From the NCBI GenBank assembly GCA_964499685.1, contig CAZCLW010000006.1:4011-68010 (forward strand): a DNA stretch of 64,000 nt, given 5' to 3'. The notes under the pieces were generated by a model, which made no database searches, was not told the origin of the DNA, and worked only from the letters and a program-made list of their open reading frames with translations. The translations under genes were made by a program, and so were the position numbers. The DNA comes from an uncultured Planctomycetales bacterium (GTDB lineage: Bacteria; Omnitrophota; Gorgyraeia; Zapsychrales; GWA2-47-8). Below are positions 50,433-61,105 of this stretch, piece after piece (the first letter of the stretch is position 1; each line of letters starts with the position of its first letter).

Positions 50433-51066
50433 TCAACTTAAAACGGATCGGTATCTCCACCCACGAGGAGAATTTCATCAAACCTCTTTGCGCCGGTTTG
50501 AAACGCCATTGTTTCACCGCTCTGACCGCGGCCTGATCCAAAATATCGTGCCCCGAAGTTTTATCAACGATAACTTCCGATGGAAAACCGTCTTCAGCGA
50601 CTAAGGCCTTGATCAAAACCACGCCCTCCCAGCCTCTTCTTTGGGCAGTATAAGGGTACTGGGGAGCTGGATTGTAAAGAGCAGCCAGTTGCTTTTCGAT
50701 CTCGGCGCCGCGCAAGGTCTCGGTGTGGACCTCCTCGTGCTTCTCTTCAACCGGCTGTTCAGATTTTTTTTCCGCCACCGGCGGCGTTTCCACGGCAACC
50801 GTCTCGGATTGAGGCGGAACAAAAATCTTTTCCTCAACCGGATTGACAGCCTCCATGATGATCTCCGGCTTAGGTGCCTCCACGACCGGAGGAACAGGCT
50901 CATCAGGAACGATCACAATATCAATACTGCTGGGCGCACGTGTAACAAAATATTGCGGCGGTGTCGGGACGACCATCCCTATACCCAGCACGAGCGAATG
51001 AACAAACAGTGAAAAGCCCGCAATCCCCATGAACCAATCGGTTTTATAGGAAAAGGGTGTTTTCAT
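50422..51066 (-). CDS. tonB: Energy transducer TonB
   Basis: N-terminal TM helix, a Pro-rich spacer and a TonB C-terminal domain (...GVVLIKALVAEDG...). Confidence 0.8.
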   Translation of the reverse strand: MKTPFSYKTDWFMGIAGFSLFVHSLVLGIGMVVPTPPQYFVTRAPSSIDIVIVPDEPVPPVVEAPKPEIIMEAVNPVEEKIFVPPQSETVAVETPPVAEKKSEQPVEEKHEEVHTETLRGAEIEKQLAALYNPAPQYPYTAQRRGWEGVVLIKALVAEDGFPSEVIVDKTSGHDILDQAAVRAVKQWRFKPAQRGLMKFSSWVEIPIRFKLIEE

Positions 51067-51461
51067 TTCACGCCCTCATGCACAATGTTAACCTGTGTGG
51101 CGCCGGCCTGCCTGGCCTCATCCATGATCTCCACAAAATACTTATAAGGCATATTTTGATCGCCTTTGATAAAAACGCCTTTGCTGACCGCGCTTGATAA
51201 AAGCGGCTGCAAGCGGGCTCTCAGTTGCTCACGCCGCACCGGCTTATCGTTGATCGCCATTTGGCCGCTACGGTCAATGCTGATAGTGATCTTTTCATTC
51301 AAGGCCTTATCGGTGGTGACCGCTTTAGGCAAGTTGAGCCGCATGGCGGGATTAGAAAAAGATGCTGTCAGCATGAAAAAAATAAGCAGCTGGAAGACAA
51401 CATCGATCAGCGGGGCCATGTCCAAACTTAATTTTGATTTGCGGACACGGATCAGTTCCAC
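51063..51461 (-). CDS. exbD: Biopolymer transporter ExbD/TolR
   Basis: 132 aa, ...MAPLIDVVFQLLIFFM... Confidence 0.85.
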   Translation of the reverse strand: MELIRVRKSKLSLDMAPLIDVVFQLLIFFMLTASFSNPAMRLNLPKAVTTDKALNEKITISIDRSGQMAINDKPVRREQLRARLQPLLSSAVSKGVFIKGDQNMPYKYFVEIMDEARQAGATQVNIVHEGVK

Positions 51462-52141
51462 TATTCCGCCCCCTTGATGATTTCATCATCAATCTCGAAT
51501 ACTTTTTTATAAACATGCCGCGAACTTTCTTTGCTGAAGAATTCATCCATCTCTGAGACGATCGTCTGTATACGCCGGGCGATCTTGTCGGCCTGGCTTT
51601 CGAAATTATGATAAGCCGCCATGCAGGGAATGGCGATTGCCAAGCCGAAGACAGTGCTCAAGAGCGCTTCCCAAATACCGCCGGCAAGATGCTCGGGTTG
51701 CACCTGTCCGCCCAGGATCTCGATCTGATGAAACGCCGTAACCAGGCCGGTCACCGTTCCCAATAGTCCCAAAAGCGGAGCAATGTGGGTCAACGCGGCA
51801 AGTCCGCGCACGCGCCCTTCGATCTTTTCCATAGCAATAGAGCCTTCACGCGAAAGAATGGAATCACGCTGCGGACTGCTCAAGTTCTTTAGGTATAAAA
51901 AGGCAATGCGGACGATCGGGTTAGGATGCTTGCGACAGAACAGCAGGGCTTCTTTTATTTTTCCTCCACCGAGTAATTGGAAGAGCTTTTCGCTGAAGTG
52001 TTCATAGTTCAACTTGAGCCGGAAAAAGTAATAGCTCCGCTCAAAGATAATGGCCGCTCCGATGACCGAACAGGCCAGGAGCGGCCAGGCTGTAAAGCCG
52101 ACCTTCGCAAACAACTCCGTTGTGCTTTGTCCCCAGAACAA
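51461..52141 (-). CDS. exbB: MotA/TolQ/ExbB proton channel
   Basis: 226 aa with 3 TM helices and an ExbB family pattern. Confidence 0.85.
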   Translation of the reverse strand: MFWGQSTTELFAKVGFTAWPLLACSVIGAAIIFERSYYFFRLKLNYEHFSEKLFQLLGGGKIKEALLFCRKHPNPIVRIAFLYLKNLSSPQRDSILSREGSIAMEKIEGRVRGLAALTHIAPLLGLLGTVTGLVTAFHQIEILGGQVQPEHLAGGIWEALLSTVFGLAIAIPCMAAYHNFESQADKIARRIQTIVSEMDEFFSKESSRHVYKKVFEIDDEIIKGAE

Positions 52142-52154
52142 TTGCTACTCCTCG

Positions 52155-54251
52155 TTACCAGATAAACTCTACTCCACCGTAATAGTTGCGGCCCGCAGCA
52201 GGATCAATACCGTCGCTGCGTACGCGCGCAAAATATTGCTCATCAAACAGATTATTGATGCCAGCAAAAAGCTTGACCTCATCTTTGTATATATTGAATT
52301 CGCCGGTTAAATCCCAAACCTTATACGAAGGAACGTTAAAGTTTGCTGTATTACCATCATCGGCAAAATGGTCATCGACAAATGTGCCGGCCAAACGCAC
52401 TTTGGCCTTGTCGAGATAATTATACTCCAGTCCTGCACGGGTAATATAATCCGGTGCATATTGGGGAGTTTTGCCGCTGTTAGGCCCTTCGGTAAATTCA
52501 GCATGCAGAAACATGACATTGGCAAAGGCATTAAGCTTGCCGACCTTTGCGCCCAATTCCGTATTTCGCATATCATCGGCTAGGCCGATCAGATCGACCT
52601 CCGAGGCAAATTCAAAACCGTAATGTTGGGCATCCCCCACATTTTGGACGACGGAGTTTACCGTTCCGATCTGGTCGGTAAATGACATATAGAAAACACT
52701 TCCATCCCAGGACAAATAGGGTGTGGGCTGTCCTCTTAAGCCCAGATCGGTTTGCCATGATTTTCCTTCTTCCAGATCGTCGTTGATGATCTGGCCGCTT
52801 CCGGTCGGAACCGCCTGTGTGAAGATCTTGGGGCGATAACTTTGAGAGATATTATGATAAAGCTCAGTGTTTTGTGTCAGCTCATACTGTGTCCCCACGC
52901 CGAAAAGCGGAACAAAGTCATGAATTGACTCATCGGCCAAAGTCGTTTTATCCAAATTGATATTTTCCCGAATGCTTTGCCAGATATTTTCCAACCTTAC
53001 GCCCGGAGTGATCGAGAGCTTGCCGACTTTATACATATTCTCTAAAAAGAGAGAGACATAGTTCATTTCCCGGTCGGCATCCTTGCGTACTGTTCCCTCC
53101 TCGGCATCCGGCGTTGTTCCCCGCTTATCGATACGCGGAGAAACAACATGATGATAAAGAATGCCTCCGGTGACCGTATTATCAGCGCCCAAAGCCTCAT
53201 AATCATGACGGATCCGCGCTTCCGACCCGACCGTATAAAACTTCTGACTTTCAATGTCATTAGTGGCGGCATTGGTTCCGCTCGGCGCCTGACCAAAGTT
53301 GCTGCCGGATGTCCTTTGCCTCCAGCTCAACCGTTCATAAGTCCCCCCGTAGGTCTTTGCTTCCAACGAAGTTTGAGGGTCGATCTCTTTGGTATAGGCA
53401 AGGGAACCGGCATACCGGTTAAGCTCGAAATGGTCATTGAGACGGTTTGTCTTTGTGGGGTCGGCATCAAAATCAGCCCTGGTCAAACCTCCCGGCTCAC
53501 CATGTTCTTCATTATATGAATCAAAGACCACGGTCCAATAAGCGCTCGGATCCTGCTCCACTTTAAATTTAGTTCCGCCATAGTAAACTTCATACTGGCT
53601 GTTGTGGGCCCGGAATCCTTGGGATTGACGATGGTGAAAATATCCATAATATCCCAAGGGGCCTTGCGTCCCGCTCAAACTTGTATAATTGGAGAAGAAG
53701 TCGTAGCTACCGGCAGCATTCTCCTGCGTAATGCTCAAAGGTCCGGCTTCATAGGGATCCTTGGTCACGAAGTTTAATGCACCTCCGGGTTGCGGACCAT
53801 ACATCAATGAAGCGCCTCCACGGATAAAATCTATCCGATCGATGGTCTGTAGAGCCGGAGTATAATATGCCTCGGGATAGCCGAACATATCGGCATGAAT
53901 CGGAATACCATCCTTTAAAACTTGTGTAAATTGACCGCGATGAGGCTCCAGGCCGCGGTAGCCCACGCTGAACAAGGGCACGGCTTCCTCACTCAACAAG
54001 AGGCCCGGTGTTTTTTGCAGAGCTTGACGAAAATTGTTATTGATAATGGTGGGGGGTTCTTCGAGGTCTATAACTGAAGTCTTTTTACCGCTATAAATTT
54101 TTGTTCCTTCCACATCCGGCAGATGTTTTTCTTCCTCTTTTTCGGCCGTGACCACAACTTCCTTGAACTTTGTTCCTTCATCTGCCCCTAAGGCCAATGA
54201 AGGTATGCCCAGCAAACACACACCTGTAAACAATACATGATGCAATTTCAT
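52155..54251 (-). CDS. TonB-dependent outer-membrane receptor
   Basis: 698 aa with a signal peptide, a plug domain with a TonB-box-like region and beta-barrel periodicity. AAGGAG SD upstream. Confidence 0.85.
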   Translation of the reverse strand: MKLHHVLFTGVCLLGIPSLALGADEGTKFKEVVVTAEKEEEKHLPDVEGTKIYSGKKTSVIDLEEPPTIINNNFRQALQKTPGLLLSEEAVPLFSVGYRGLEPHRGQFTQVLKDGIPIHADMFGYPEAYYTPALQTIDRIDFIRGGASLMYGPQPGGALNFVTKDPYEAGPLSITQENAAGSYDFFSNYTSLSGTQGPLGYYGYFHHRQSQGFRAHNSQYEVYYGGTKFKVEQDPSAYWTVVFDSYNEEHGEPGGLTRADFDADPTKTNRLNDHFELNRYAGSLAYTKEIDPQTSLEAKTYGGTYERLSWRQRTSGSNFGQAPSGTNAATNDIESQKFYTVGSEARIRHDYEALGADNTVTGGILYHHVVSPRIDKRGTTPDAEEGTVRKDADREMNYVSLFLENMYKVGKLSITPGVRLENIWQSIRENINLDKTTLADESIHDFVPLFGVGTQYELTQNTELYHNISQSYRPKIFTQAVPTGSGQIINDDLEEGKSWQTDLGLRGQPTPYLSWDGSVFYMSFTDQIGTVNSVVQNVGDAQHYGFEFASEVDLIGLADDMRNTELGAKVGKLNAFANVMFLHAEFTEGPNSGKTPQYAPDYITRAGLEYNYLDKAKVRLAGTFVDDHFADDGNTANFNVPSYKVWDLTGEFNIYKDEVKLFAGINNLFDEQYFARVRSDGIDPAAGRNYYGGVEFIW

Positions 54252-54571
54252 CTCTTTCTCCTTAAAATTGAGATGTTTTTTGCTGGGTACTTCATTTGTA
54301 TACCGCCCATCCCTAGCTGAAAAAAATGACGGTCAGCCGCAACTATTTTGTAAGGATCAATTTCCCCTGCCGGGTGATCATCAGCCGATACAGGCTCTCC
54401 TGATGCCGGATAAGGACCATTTTGGCATGGCCAAATAATTCTTCCGAATGCCAAATTACATCTCTTTCTACGTCCTTCTTTAGCTTATTTATTTCGCAAT
54501 TGTTATCTTTATCAGGTAATTTATGCATAAAACTTGATTAAATAAGCTGTGGGATAACTTATTTAGACGTA

Positions 54572-54600
54572 ATCGTAACATCGCGTAAAAACGATGTCAA
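54572..54600 (-). promoter_or_regulatory. Candidate promoter for the TonB-dependent receptor operon (-35 TTGACA, 17-nt spacer, -10 TACGAT), followed by a ~310-nt leader
   Basis: A perfect -35 hexamer sits in an AT-rich block. The long leader contains a GC-rich imperfect hairpin and a 61-aa ORF. Confidence 0.3.
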
Positions 54601-54646
54601 CGATTATTTTATAAATAAGTTATTGGGAGACTTAATTGGCAGAGAA

Positions 54647-56479
54647 TTAGATATAAAACTCGAGGTCCAGGACAACGGTCTTGACCAGCAGGTTGACGAT
54701 CTTTTCGACGGCGACCCTGGTCTCCTCGTTTTCGACTAAAACCAGGTCTACCTTGTCGGCACCGAAACGGTTCTCCCCCACATTGACCACCAGGGTCGTA
54801 TTGGGGCGATTCAGGGATTTAACCATCTCCAGCTCATAGTCGTCGATATCGGTGATGCTGGTGATGAGGATCAGCCCGGCGTCGGTAAGGATGTGTGCCA
54901 GCTCCCCCAACTGCTGGAGATGTTCAAACTTTCCCAGGGTGCGGTCCGCCGAAGCGTTCTGAGTGATCAGACGATTGGAAATACCAAGAAAATAGGTATA
55001 CTTTCCCATTTCGAAAAGCCGCTCTTCCAGGGCTTTCGCAATACGCTGCTTTCCGGTATCGATTTGACCCGTAATGATGATGAGCGTAGATTTATGCTCA
55101 TATTTTTTAGCCCGTTTGTCCGGGGTAATAAGGCTTCGTTCCCACTCGAATTCGCGTTTTTTAATATGCTGCTTAAGGGCGGTCTGCTCATCGAACACGG
55201 GTGACAGAATGATCCCTCCGCCGGCAATCTCGTAATTATCGACAATGACAAAGCGGCCGGTCTCGGCCATGTTCGCGACGATGTCGAATGCAACAGGTTT
55301 TAAAGTCTCAAAAATACACTCGGCAACTTCATGCCGGTCCACATGCGGCTTGGCCGCAGAGGAAAGTTCCGAAGCGTTCATGACGCTGACCACTTCCGAG
55401 ACAATGACCGGCACATGTTGCGTGGCAATCTTAAGTTTATAGGTCTTTTCCCTTATTAACGGCTGCTTGCCCATCCAGAAGACGTTCGCGCGGAATTTGG
55501 TGCTCGTGTGCGGCTCGAGCTCATTTTTGTTGAGCCGGCACATGATCTCGCCCGGACGCACATAAACCTGTGTTTCCAGACAAACACCCAGGCTTTGTCC
55601 GGCGAAAGCTTCTTCTTGTTGGGGACGGTTGAATGCTTCAATGCTGGTGATACGCGAGCTTTTTCCCGAGGGGAAGAAAACCACCTGGTCCCCGACTTTT
55701 ACGGTCCCCGACTCAACCCGTCCTGCAAAAATCCGGCGGTCGTCGCCTTCTTCGGTGAATTTATAAATGTCCTGGAGCGGCATGCGGAAGGCTTGCTCAT
55801 GCTTGGGCGCAGCCTTGGCAAAATTATCGAGCGCCGAAAGAACAGTGTCGCCCTTGTACCAAGACATATGTTTCGACAAAGAAACCATGTTGTCCCCTTC
55901 GCGCGCGGCGATGGGGATAAAACCTTTGGGCTCCAGATTGATCTCTTTCAAAAATTTCGTGTATTCGTTTTTGATCTGTTCAAAGGTCTCCCGGCTGTAT
56001 TTCACGAGGTCCATCTTATTGACGCAGACCGTCACGTTCTTGATGCCTAAGAACGACATCATATACCCGTGGCGCTTGGAATTCTCTTTGATCCCTTCAT
56101 TGGCATCGATGACCAAAAGCGCGGCCTCGGCGCGCGCAGCACCGCTGATCATGTTCTTAAGGAATTCGATATGCCCCGGCGCGTCAATGATAATGTAATC
56201 ACGCTTTTGGGACTTAAAAAAACACCGGGCTGTGTCTATCGTAATGCCCTGCGCCTGTTCGTCTTTGAGCGCATCAAGCAAAAAAGCGTATTCGAACGGC
56301 CGCGCGGTTCGGGCGCAGTTGGCCTTAACGGCCTCCAGCTTCCCTTCCGGAAGCGACCCCGTGTCGGCCAAAAGCCGTCCTACGAGCGTACTTTTCCCAT
56401 GGTCAACATGGCCGACGATGACGACGTTCATCTGCTCACGGCGAGCAGTGTCAGGTTTTAAATTTGAAGTTTTAAGCAT
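54647..56479 (-). CDS. cysN: Sulfate adenylyltransferase subunit 1 (CysN GTPase) fused to a degenerate APS-kinase-like (CysC-like) C-terminal domain
   Basis: N-terminal GHVDHGKST GTPase. The C-terminal ~170 aa align to CysC, but the P-loop reads GQIDTGKQ (not GLSGSGKST) and the DGD motif is replaced by GIS. Confidence 0.85.
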   Translation of the reverse strand: MLKTSNLKPDTARREQMNVVIVGHVDHGKSTLVGRLLADTGSLPEGKLEAVKANCARTARPFEYAFLLDALKDEQAQGITIDTARCFFKSQKRDYIIIDAPGHIEFLKNMISGAARAEAALLVIDANEGIKENSKRHGYMMSFLGIKNVTVCVNKMDLVKYSRETFEQIKNEYTKFLKEINLEPKGFIPIAAREGDNMVSLSKHMSWYKGDTVLSALDNFAKAAPKHEQAFRMPLQDIYKFTEEGDDRRIFAGRVESGTVKVGDQVVFFPSGKSSRITSIEAFNRPQQEEAFAGQSLGVCLETQVYVRPGEIMCRLNKNELEPHTSTKFRANVFWMGKQPLIREKTYKLKIATQHVPVIVSEVVSVMNASELSSAAKPHVDRHEVAECIFETLKPVAFDIVANMAETGRFVIVDNYEIAGGGIILSPVFDEQTALKQHIKKREFEWERSLITPDKRAKKYEHKSTLIIITGQIDTGKQRIAKALEERLFEMGKYTYFLGISNRLITQNASADRTLGKFEHLQQLGELAHILTDAGLILITSITDIDDYELEMVKSLNRPNTTLVVNVGENRFGADKVDLVLVENEETRVAVEKIVNLLVKTVVLDLEFYI

Positions 56480-56482
56480 AAT

Positions 56483-57372
<890 letters not shown>

Positions 57373-57376
<4 letters not shown>

Positions 57377-58113
57377 TGCTTCTTATTCCCTTTCCATTTG
57401 GGATTATTGTGCAGCCCGCATTCTTTCTGTTCCGGTTGTTCCCACCACCAGCGTCCGGCGCGGATATCTTCGCCGGGCTTGATCGCGCGCGTGCAAGGGC
57501 TGCAGCCGATACTGACAAATCCCTTGGCGTGAAGCGGATTAACGTCCACGTTATTTTCTTTGACGTATCTGCGCACATCTTCCAACGACCAGTCGGCCAA
57601 TGGGTTGACCTTGATCTTATTATTATCCGCATCCCATTGAAAGATGTCCAAATCGCTGCGCGTGACGGACTGGGATTTCCTTAAACCTGTCATCCACGCA
57701 TCCATATTGGCGAGTGCGCGGCGCAAAGGCTCTACCTTGCGGACCCCGCAGCAAAGCTTACGGTTCTCGACGCTTTCATAAAACAGATTGATGCCTTTTG
57801 TCCGCACCATTTCTTCAACGGCCTTTGTATCGGGATAATAAATTTTGAACGGAAGCGAATAGCGCTTCTGGTTTTTGGCCATCAATTCATAAGTTTCTGG
57901 GAAAAGCCGGCCGGTGTCCAACGTAAAAACCTCCATTTTAGGGGCGGCATGAAAAATAATGTCGGTTATGACTTGATCCTCTTCCCCCAGGCTGGAGGCA
58001 AAATTGATCCGCGGGCCGAATTCATCCCAGGCCAGCTTAATAATGCCCTCAGCCTTAAGATGCTTGGCTTTTTCGTTTAACTGCTTGATCTTTTCTGCCA
58101 TGCCTGTATTCAT
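57373..58113 (-). CDS. cysH: APS reductase (Fe-S-containing CysH type: CC...CxxC plus ECGLH)
   Basis: Contains KLCCG, CSPCT and KECGLH. The two cysteine pairs are characteristic of APS reductases rather than PAPS reductases. Confidence 0.85.
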
Positions 58114-58114
58114 A

Positions 58115-59053
58115 TTAAGCCTCGAAGTATTGTTCCAATGAAAAATAGCGCTCTCCCGTATCGCATAAAATGACCACGATGCGCGAACCGGCAGGTGCCT
58201 CCTGGGCCACTCTCAGGGCCGCCGCCATGGCTGCGCCCGAAGAGATACCGACACAAAGCCCTTCTTCTTTGCCCAAACGCCTGGATGTTTGAAAGGCCTC
58301 TTTGTCATCGATCATGATGATACGGTCGATCACTTTGCGGTTCAAGATCTCCGGGACAAACCCGGCGCCTATCCCTTGGATATTATGACGTCCCGGTGCC
58401 TGGCCCGAAAGAACCGCGCTGGACTTCGGTTCAACGGCGACGACCTTCAAGCCGGGAAGTTCCTCTTTTAAAACTTCTCCTATACCGGTGATCGTTCCAC
58501 CGGTGCCCACGCCTGCGACCAAATAATCCAATTTCCCCTCACAGGCATCCAATATTTCTCTGGCAGTCGTTTTCCGATGTGCGGCGGGATTGGCCGCATT
58601 ATTGAATTGGCGCGGAATAAAACTGTTCGAATTTTTTTTCGCCAGCTCCTCACTTTTCTTGATAGCGCCTTTGATTCCGTCTTTGGCCGGCGTTAAAACA
58701 ACTTCGGCGCCGTAAAAGCGCAAAAGATAAATCCTCTCCAGGCTCATTCCCTCCGGCATAGTTAAAATGCAGCGGTAACCCTTGACCGCGCAGATCATGG
58801 CCAGCCCAATACCCGTATTCCCGCTGGTCGGTTCAATGACGGTCGCACCTTTTTTTAGTATACCTTTGCGTTCGGCATCCTCAACCATGGACAAACAGGC
58901 CCGGTCCTTCACGCTACCGCTGGGATTGAATGATTCGAGCTTCCCCAGTATTTCAATGCCAGGGAAATGGGCGGTCATGCGCTGCATCCGGACAAGCGGC
59001 GTTTCGCCCACCAATTCAACAACACTGTTTATGATCTTTTTTCTTTCGCCCAT
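58115..59053 (-). CDS. cysK: Cysteine synthase (O-acetylserine sulfhydrylase)
   Basis: PLP-fold enzyme with a lysine motif (...SVKDR...) and GTGGT. Confidence 0.9.
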   Translation of the reverse strand: MGERKKIINSVVELVGETPLVRMQRMTAHFPGIEILGKLESFNPSGSVKDRACLSMVEDAERKGILKKGATVIEPTSGNTGIGLAMICAVKGYRCILTMPEGMSLERIYLLRFYGAEVVLTPAKDGIKGAIKKSEELAKKNSNSFIPRQFNNAANPAAHRKTTAREILDACEGKLDYLVAGVGTGGTITGIGEVLKEELPGLKVVAVEPKSSAVLSGQAPGRHNIQGIGAGFVPEILNRKVIDRIIMIDDKEAFQTSRRLGKEEGLCVGISSGAAMAAALRVAQEAPAGSRIVVILCDTGERYFSLEQYFEA

Positions 59054-59055
59054 TG

Positions 59056-60018
59056 TTAGCCCTTAGTTAAAAAAATATACGCAGCTATATAGCTTACCAT
59101 AAGCGTGATAATAGGGTTAATACACCATGTAAAAAATGTCCGCTTGGTCAAGGGGTTTCGGGCGGTCTCCCCCACGCCATCCTTGATGCTTCCGATCGCA
59201 AAAATAGCCACTGTATAAGCAATGACCGTTGGGAAAGGAATGCCCAATTTTGAAGCGATGATGGTGATTGTTCCGCTCACGACATTGATAATGGTCGCGG
59301 TAAGCAACCCCAGAGGCACGATTTTTTCACTGGAAGTCTTAAGTGGCCCGCTGAAAACAAATGATCCGAGCCCGAAGAAAAGGCCCATAATCCATAATCC
59401 AGAATCTGTCCCCATCAATCCAGCGGCAGCGAGCGGCCCCACCACATTGGCGACATTGTTAGTCCCTTGCGCGAAACCTTTGTAACAACTGGTTAATGTA
59501 ACAATCTGCTTTAAGCGCTCTTTGTGGTGAACCAGCCGCTCATAAATCCAAAAATTCGATCGGCGCGGCGGATAAACATAACGCGTAATAAAGAAAATCG
59601 AAAAATAACAAATGGCCGTCGAAATGACCCAGCAAATGGCCAGAAATTGTATTTTCGTCCAATTAACGTGATTGTAAAACAAGCCCACACCGCAGATCGC
59701 CGCAATCGTCGAAAGTGAGGTCGATTGAGGAATATGCATCATGTTAGCCACAAAAAGACTTAATGTGGCCGCGGCCAAAATGATCAAGACTGACTTTGAA
59801 TCGATAAAATGCGCGGGAATGATCCCCTTCCCTAAAGTTGCCGCCACCTCTCTTCCCAGCACGACCGCGCCTAAAAGAGCAAAGATAACAAACAGGGCCT
59901 GCGATGCACGTTTGCTCAAGGCTTTACTGCCAGCGGCTGTTGAAAAGGAGCCGGCAAAACTGGGCGCCCCCATATTAAGGGCGAACAAAACCCCGGTAAT
60001 CAGAATAATAATTTCCAT
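59056..60018 (-). CDS. cysP: PiT-family anion permease, probable sulfate permease CysP-type
   Basis: Two PiT signature repeats (ALNMGAPSFAGSFST and GTNNVANVVGPLAAAG). I chose the start at M43 of the track ORF (ATG 60016-60018), which abuts the rrf2 stop. The track start is a GTG inside rrf2. Confidence 0.7.
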   Translation of the reverse strand: MEIIILITGVLFALNMGAPSFAGSFSTAAGSKALSKRASQALFVIFALLGAVVLGREVAATLGKGIIPAHFIDSKSVLIILAAATLSLFVANMMHIPQSTSLSTIAAICGVGLFYNHVNWTKIQFLAICWVISTAICYFSIFFITRYVYPPRRSNFWIYERLVHHKERLKQIVTLTSCYKGFAQGTNNVANVVGPLAAAGLMGTDSGLWIMGLFFGLGSFVFSGPLKTSSEKIVPLGLLTATIINVVSGTITIIASKLGIPFPTVIAYTVAIFAIGSIKDGVGETARNPLTKRTFFTWCINPIITLMVSYIAAYIFLTKG

Positions 60019-60019
60019 G

Positions 60020-60427
60020 CTAAATGGCGTAAACCAGGACGGTTTCGTGGCTGCGGTGACGGCGGATGATGTCTTCAAAAGTAATGCTGTCCAAAAAATG
60101 CATAACAGCACTGTCCATTTCCTGCCATATGGCGGTAAAAACACTGTCCTTTTCCGGTCTTACCGCGACTTCCGCATGATCTCCAAAAATATCGCGCAAT
60201 TTTATGTTCTTGGGCGCCATGCTCAGTACATAGCCGCCGCGCTTACCCCTGATGCTTTCCACATACCCCTGATCTTTAAGCTGGATCAAAATGTGCGGCA
60301 AAAATTTCATGGGGATATGCTGATTTTCCGCGATTTCACTGATACGGACCGGAGTCCTGTCCGGCCAATGGAGAGCCAATTCGAGCATAGCGCGGCAGGC
60401 ATAATCTGTTTTTGCGTTAATTTTCAT
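60020..60427 (-). CDS. Rrf2-family transcriptional regulator (CymR/IscR-like)
   Basis: 135 aa with an N-terminal wHTH (MKINAKTDYACRAMLELA...). It is the first gene of the cys operon. Confidence 0.85.
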   Translation of the reverse strand: MKINAKTDYACRAMLELALHWPDRTPVRISEIAENQHIPMKFLPHILIQLKDQGYVESIRGKRGGYVLSMAPKNIKLRDIFGDHAEVAVRPEKDSVFTAIWQEMDSAVMHFLDSITFEDIIRRHRSHETVLVYAI

Positions 60428-60464
60428 TGTGCCTCATAATCATTACTAAGTTTATAATGTAAAT

Positions 60465-60479
60465 AAACATACAATGTTT
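60465..60479. promoter_or_regulatory. Perfect inverted repeat AAACAT-aca-ATGTTT overlapping the rrf2 -10 region. Candidate Rrf2 operator, with a candidate -35 TTGACA at 60489-60494.
   Basis: A 6-3-6 palindrome sits 38 nt upstream of the rrf2 ATG. It lies between a perfect TTGACA on the minus strand and the start codon. Confidence 0.4.
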
Positions 60480-60540
60480 TATTCATTCTGTCAATAAAAA
60501 TCTACGGTCCTCTTCTCTTATAAATTTTCTGCTAAGTTTC

Positions 60541-60568
60541 TTGAAACATATATTTTAATCGCTATAAT
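60541..60568 (+). promoter_or_regulatory. Sigma70-like promoter (-35 TTGAAA, 16-nt spacer, perfect -10 TATAAT) ending 6 nt before the ATG at 60575, which implies a leaderless or very short-leader mRNA
   Basis: TTGAAAcatatattttaatcgcTATAATacagttATG. Confidence 0.4.
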
Positions 60569-60574
60569 ACAGTT

Positions 60575-61105
60575 ATGTTTAAGTTACTAACCTTAACGTT
60601 TTGTGCATCATTCATGGTTTTTGCCGTCAGCCCCTCGGCCTCAGCCGGAGAAGACGGTATTTTGTTCAATAAGGGCAAGCAATTTGCCAAGACCGGACAG
60701 GTGGACTTCGCTTATATGCAGTTTCACGAAGTCGTACGGAATTATCCGCAATCGCATTTCCGCGAAGATTCCCTTTTCGCCATGGGGGAATATTTCTTTA
60801 CGGAATCAAACTTCGATGAGACCCAGCGGATCTTTTCCCAATTCATGGAAGAATATCCCAATTCGAAGCTCAGGATCTTTGCCTTGGCCTATCTCTACGA
60901 GATCGCTCAAGAAAGAGAGGATGAAGAACTGACAGAAAAGTTCAAAGCACAGACTGTTTCCGCCCAACAAATCGCACTGGTCTTCCGCAATGCCAAGGAA
61001 TACCGCTACCGGTCACCCATGCTGACCCGTTTCCGCGCCCTGATCGAGATCAACAAGATCACCATCTTTCGTGACGGAGAAATTCTTGCCGAAATTTCGT
61101 ATTAA
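60575..61105 (+). CDS. Secreted hypothetical protein with TPR-like helical repeats
   Basis: 176 aa with a signal peptide (...AVSPSASA) and repeated aromatic/Ala helical motifs. Confidence 0.5.
   Translation: MFKLLTLTFCASFMVFAVSPSASAGEDGILFNKGKQFAKTGQVDFAYMQFHEVVRNYPQSHFREDSLFAMGEYFFTESNFDETQRIFSQFMEEYPNSKLRIFALAYLYEIAQEREDEELTEKFKAQTVSAQQIALVFRNAKEYRYRSPMLTRFRALIEINKITIFRDGEILAEISY

Noticed and set aside
54343-54528. 61-aa ORF (MHKLPDKDNNCEINK...) in the receptor leader as a real gene
   Set aside because: No SD, no homology, and it lies in an AT-rich promoter/leader region. It could be a leader peptide, but the evidence is insufficient to call a CDS.
54252-54646. Cobalamin riboswitch upstream of the TonB-dependent receptor
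   Set aside because: No B12-box (GCCACTG) or recognisable cobalamin riboswitch core on the transcribed strand. Only a generic hairpin is present.
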